NCBI GenBank assembly: GCA_030141605.1
Contig: JAQGDQ010000041.1
Span: 372,001-436,000 of the forward strand
Reading direction: 5' to 3'
DNA from: Tubiluchus corallicola
Lineage: Eukaryota; Animalia; Priapulida
Length of the DNA: 64,000 bases
Below, piece after piece: positions 56,758 through 64,000 of the stretch. The notes below the pieces were generated by a model that worked only from the letters and a program-made list of their open reading frames with translations, searched no databases and was not told the origin of the DNA. Both the position numbers and the translations under genes were made by a program. Position 1 is the first letter of the stretch, and the number at the start of each line of letters is the position of its first letter.

Positions 56758-57128
56758 TGATTGTGTTTTGTTTCTCTCAGAAGGCTCATAGAGAAAACCA
56801 GAAAAATTGTCATCAAGTTAAACTAGTTTATTAAGCAAGAATTCTACAACACAAAAGTATGAAGGAATGCGAAATGCGAAACACAAAATCTGGAAAACGT
56901 TTGAGTGTATATGAAAATGCAAGTATACAAGAGAATGTGTAAGTGGCGTCCATGTGAATCTGTGTGTGCTCTCGTCTCAGCGTCTGCTTCGCCTTATATA
57001 GCGTGCCCGAGAAGCTTCTAGAACTTTTGTTCTGTTCCAGAACATTCTACACAGTAAGATGATTATTCTAACGGAACATTCTACAATGTTCTATGTAATT
57101 CTAATAGATGGCAGCGATCTCCACAACA
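56758..57128 (-). mobile_element. Solo LTR copy B, inverted relative to copy A and nested in the LINE RT region
   Basis: Reverse complement aligns along the whole of copy A (58/60 identical over the first 60 nt). TSD is degraded (CTTTG/TTATG on the minus strand); the LINE reading RIFD.. resumes across the insertion. Confidence 0.87.
56994..57092 (-). promoter_or_regulatory. Heat-shock element cluster plus TATA box in LTR B
   Basis: aGAAg-cTTCt-aGAAc (57010-57024), gTTCc-aGAAc-aTTCt (57034-57048), gGAAc-aTTCt-aCAAt-gTTCt (57073-57092); TATATAA on the minus strand at 57000-56994. Confidence 0.75.
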
Positions 57129-58885
57129 CAAAGATCCTAGTCAACATAGCCCAAATTTTCCTTATGAGTGTGAGCAACATCAATGATCTAAGATTTTCTA
57201 TAGGACCTCGTTTCTTACCTGGCTTGGGTTAAGGGATGTAAGCATTCCTTTTTGAATATCCTGTGGAAATGTGCTTGCTTTTGAAATATTGTTTACAATT
57301 TGAGCAATTTCTGCATATAAATTATCTGATCCATACTTTGCTAACCCAGCATTTAATTCTTCATCGTCCAGGCTTTTGTTGTTTTTCAATAATTTTGCCG
57401 CATGCTTTACTTCTTCTTTAGTAAATGGAACTTTCATTGGATAGTGAGTCCTTTTAACGCCAGTTGCATTTTCATCATCAAACATTTTTTGAAAAAATTT
57501 TGCTGTGGCTTCAGTTTGCTATTCAGCATCAATAATTAGACCATCATTTCCTTCTACAATCAATTTTTTCTTTGTTTGAAAGTTTTGCAAATCCGCTTTA
57601 AAATGCCTAGAAGAATCATGTTTTGTTTGCCCAATTTCTTCTGTGATACCAGTCACCTTTTTTCTTCTATTTGTTTTAGATTTTCATGAATTTGCTTTGG
57701 AATTTCCTTGCGATTCTTCTTAAGATCATCAATTTCTGCTAAATTTTTACAATGGTGAATTTTATCTTTCAAAACTTTCTGATTCGCAGACAAGCTTCTA
57801 TCTCGTCATCTTTAATTTTTTGATCATTAAATCTCACATATCCAAGTATTTCTGCTGCCAAATTTTTATGTGAACTTTGAGTTTTTGCCATTGCAAATTT
57901 CTGTTTTCAGATGTCTCACCAGGTGGAGATTTAGTAATGTTCTGCTCTAACTTTAAATTGTATTTTTCTCTATAATCTTTATCCTTCAGCTTGGCAGCAT
58001 CTAAGTATTTTGTTCTTTGCTTTTTCTGCAGCATCGTTACCCATTTGACTGAAATCTTAGTTATAACCAGAGTGGTTGGTCTATGTTTAAACCAGCATAC
58101 GACCTGGAATTTCTTATTAGTGGCATATGCATTTTCCTTACCATAATAAAATCTATTTGATTTCTTATAGGATTTCTCCTGGGTTACCCATTCCATGACT
58201 TCCTATTTTTCCGTGTTGTTTGCCAGACAGCGACGTGAGGGTATTTATGTTGGAATACAGTGTTAGTGACGACCAGATTTTTGGCTACAACAGTTTCAGC
58301 TAATCGTAATCCATTTGAATTTGAAATTCCCTTTCAATATTTACCTATATGCTCTGGCAATCAGTTATGCAGTGATCCAATCTTGGCATTGAAATCTCCA
58401 CAAACGATTAGCAAATGACGTTTAGGTACTGTACTGATAATTCAAACCATCATAAAAAAGATCTCTTAACTTGGGATCCTTTTCACTTTCCACTAGCGTG
58501 GGTGCATAGCCTTTTACGATTGTAATTTTCTGGTTTTTATTCCAGTTTTGAGAGCAATAATTCTTGAATTTATAATAGTATACGTACAATTGAAATCCAC
58601 CGAATGAACAAAACCCACTCCAGCATAAGCGGTATTGTACAAAAGTCAAACACTAAATTTGGAACCTAACCTAACTACAATACGTACAATATAATATAAT
58701 AATGCTTTGTATAGTTTAATAAATGATTTCAATTTTTTAATCTAATTATCTAAATTTTTGTTGCAGTACTAAGTTCCTAAAGCCAATATTTTTGTTTTAT
58801 AACAAAAAAGTTACTTGTTATATTTTAAAAACAATGTAGCAGTATTTCTTTGTATTAGAAAGAATTGTTTTGTCATCAAGTTACT

Positions 58886-58941
58886 CAACAGATGGCAGCA
58901 AGAAGTCTAAAGTCTACAGCAGTTGCAGTTTCACGTGAAAC
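58886..58941 (+). promoter_or_regulatory. Candidate MTRR promoter motifs: CTCF-like CAGATGGCAGCA and 14-bp palindrome GTTTCACGTGAAAC (E-box/CLEAR-like)
   Basis: Unique sequence between the LINE and the repeats upstream of the MTRR acceptor at 61665; motif match only. Confidence 0.3.
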
Positions 58942-59169
58942 GAAGTAAAGTGTGTAAAAATTTAATAATAATTAGTTTAATAAATAATAGGAAAATTTTT
59001 CGGCACGGGGAAATGAAATCGGAGGGACACTAATGCTTGCAGTTTTGAGTGGCTTGTAAATATTATTTTAAATAAAAGGTCTTGATGAGGCGAATTGAAT
59101 TGTGTAATTATGTCCAGGTGTCTTTGATTCCTGATCCCCGCTGGGGGCAAAAACGGAATTGAAGGTTCT

Positions 59170-59660
59170 AGTTCTTCCAGTGTCGAGAATCAGTGGTTTT
59201 TACATCTAATGAAAGATCTCGATAAGATGAGTTACGTCTCTAGAGTGACTAACCCCAGACACCACTAGGAGGTAAAACTGAAATTAGGGAAGGGGTGATA
59301 AATGGTTCCAGTGTCAAGCAACAGTAGGTTGTAGTATATGAAGTGAAAGGGATCTTTGAGACAAATTGAATAAGATACTCCCAAACTGGTTGACCCTTGA
59401 CCCTGTCTAAGACGGAAATACAAAATTGGGTGGGTTGGGGAGACAGATGTTTTCACTTTTGTACAACAGTAGCTTGCTTTTATATCAAATGAAAGGCCTC
59501 AATGAAAGAAACTGAATGGTATGAGTTTTGCCCAAATTGGTTGGCCCTGACCCCATTAAGTGGTGAAAACCGAACCTAGGCAGTCAAGGAGACGAATGTT
59601 TCCAGTGTTAAGCAACAGTAGACCGTTTTATATCAAGTGAGCGGCCTCGACAATACAATT
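59170..59660. repeat. Degenerate tandem array of about four ~140-150-bp units
   Basis: Recurring ttccagtgtcaagcaacagtag...tatatcaaatgaaagg.ctc motif at about 59175, 59306, 59450 and 59600. Confidence 0.7.
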
Positions 59661-60082
59661 TTTATGCTGTGCTCATGTTTGATTGACCATTAACCCACAG
59701 GTGACTGCTCAAACAGTAAGAAGTTGTGATTTCATTGAAACTATTAATGTCAAGCGTAACCTTACTTATGTACATACTGTTAAATATTTTGAAAAACATT
59801 TTTATCTGTAAATACAAAACAAAAACTGTCACATAAAGCATCCCCTGTCACTGAAGCAGAATCTTACCACAGTTTTTGATAGAGTCAAAACATTTGTTAG
59901 TTAATTTTTTTGTGTGAATAAAGTTACACTACAAAAAGCATGTGTCATAACAATAATACATTTAACATTTCACTACAAAAAGCAGTTACTATCAGTTACA
60001 CAGAGTTACACAGACATGAAATTGAAGATTTAGAGTGTCTCCAATGTCCATGTTCTAGTATGCCACTTAAGCTTTTATTATA

Positions 60083-61229
60083 CAGTAGGCGCCACTTAAT
60101 GGACTCACGGTTAATAGACTTAAGCGCTTAATTGACTCAAAAACACCTGAAACGGGCCGCTTCTATTCAAATATACATAAAAACTATCGGTATTTGGCTC
60201 AAATAACTCTGCATAATTGACTCAATATTTTTCCTTCACCTACTTAAAATAAGATAGCTATTTGTGCCAAAACAGCCTTTCATGTTATCTTTACTTCCCT
60301 TTTGTGCACTATGTATACAGAAACTATCAAGTTAAGTACCTATGAACTATGAATTTTATTTCACACATCAAAAAATATAATATCAAACACAATAATAAAT
60401 TTTAAATAAAATAAACCATACGGTCATTAACACACTTACCTTACTTGACTTACCTTACTTGACTGAAAAAATGATTATAGTTATGCATGCTTCTGTAGAT
60501 AACTTAGTGTAAATAATGATGAAGTAAGCGATGTAATAATAGCAATGGTATAAGAGCAATAAACCTGAAAGTTGAGAAAGGAAAATATAATATGTAATTA
60601 TGACTTTGAGCGAGTAACGTTTTGTTTATAAGCACGTACATTTATCATGTACTGATATGCTGGCTTAATGGTTTTGCTTAGAATATGTTCCCCGCTCGCC
60701 CGCTGTTACCCAAAGAATTTCTGGAAACTAAACATTTAATCACTTGCCTAGGGGTTTCCTTTTGATGCTCTCATTGCAAATCATGCTTTCAGGCTTAAGT
60801 GAGTTAGCAGTCAGAGATGCAGGTACAGTAATCAGCCGGTATTCCTTGTCACTTACAAGAGTAAACATCGTATAGCAAATAAGGGCAATGTAAGTGAGCA
60901 GACAATTCAGAACTGTTTTAGTCACACACAACAACAGATTTTCAACGTTTTTATAATTAGCAAGAACTTTGTGGGCAAACTTCTTTGTGAGAAAATGAAG
61001 CAATATTATATAAATTAATATTTTAAAATATTTTTCTAATTTTTAACTGCACAAAGGAATTTAGGCATTACTTCGTTTCTAAAATTCATTAAAAACCTTT
61101 GCAGTGCATAGTAAGCTGATGACTCATACTTCTATACCTGTAAGACTACATCCATCGGTTAACAGGTTCAGTCAGTTAATTGGGTCAAAACTTCGGTCCC
61201 AAAGTGAGTCTATTGAGCGGCACCCACTG
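60083..61229. mobile_element. Non-autonomous Tc1/mariner (pogo/Tigger-like) element
   Basis: TA TSD at both ends; TIRs CAGTAGGCGCCACTTAATGGACTCAC and (reverse complement) CAGTGGGTGCCGCTCAATAGACTCAC; subterminal TTAATTGACTCA-like repeats. Confidence 0.82.
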
Positions 61230-61668
61230 TACTAGTTTTTCTCATTGCACACTTATATGCGGTTAGGACTGAACTAAAACATGGCTTGACATTTGAAATT
61301 CACGGGGGGTGTTGAGTCACTTTCCTAGAAGTCCAAAGGAGAGTCATGGTAGAATTATTTTGTAAAATTGGTAATAAGCATTGTAAAATGCATGTGTTTA
61401 AAGAAGTAAACATATTTAAAAGTGCATGATAATATGTGTGATAATATTTAAAAGTCATGATAATATCATGACTAGGTCACCAGTGATACCAGTTGGTACC
61501 AGTGATAATGGCATTAATACATCTCCATGGCATCATTGTTATATGTGGATGGATCTTCTTATTGGTACAGTGGTTTCTCTTTAAAGTTGCAATCCAGCAA
61601 CAACTTCACTCTCAATAATTTTGGAACATCAGATTTTGATGTCAGTTGTTTCCTTTTAATGTCAGAGA

Positions 61669-64000
<2,332 letters not shown>

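Larger units (their letters stand above)
55430..58560 (-). mobile_element. Decayed APE-endonuclease/reverse-transcriptase LINE (RTE-like), interrupted by a solo LTR
   Basis: Frameshifted remnants in the expected order on the minus strand: YAPT and CGDFNAKIG (APE), NLVVTNTVFQHK, IPTSQAAYQPG, IDMAKAF, GVAQCDYLSP.LF, QYADDVAW (about 56230-56255), LYNSELW. Boundaries are approximate. Confidence 0.85.

Noticed and set aside
55021-57128. Full-length LTR retrotransposon or DIRS element bounded by the two LTRs
   Set aside because: The LTRs are inverted, copy A has its own TSD, and the interior is LINE sequence that continues beyond copy B, with no gag, integrase or tyrosine recombinase.
60740-61003. 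87-aa ORF inside the Tc1/mariner element as a transposase
   Set aside because: No recognisable DDE/D or HTH motifs.

Overview
AT-rich eukaryotic, probably invertebrate animal, genomic DNA with spliceosomal introns, long microsatellites and many decayed transposons. No prokaryotic-type systems were seen. Two intron-containing genes can be rebuilt by hand in the right third, arranged head-to-head. NAXD/CARKD (ATP-dependent NAD(P)HX dehydratase) is on the minus strand, with 8 coding exons at 52945-44169, about 354 aa, ending in a PTS1-like SRM tripeptide. The 5' part of MTRR (methionine synthase reductase) is on the plus strand, from 61669 to beyond the window end. Between them lie a decayed APE/RT LINE and two inverted solo LTRs whose U3 regions carry perfect heat-shock elements next to a TATA box. 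Other elements are a young 5'-truncated RTE LINE (36702-37466), hAT and Tc1/mariner MITEs with target-site duplications, a three-copy foldback repeat with a telomere-like core, 5S-like SINE remnants and a perfect 111-bp inverted repeat. The left 43 kb has no identifiable gene, only candidate phase-compatible exons of an unidentified minus-strand gene. All gene models were derived by eye from splice signals and remembered homology, without tools.
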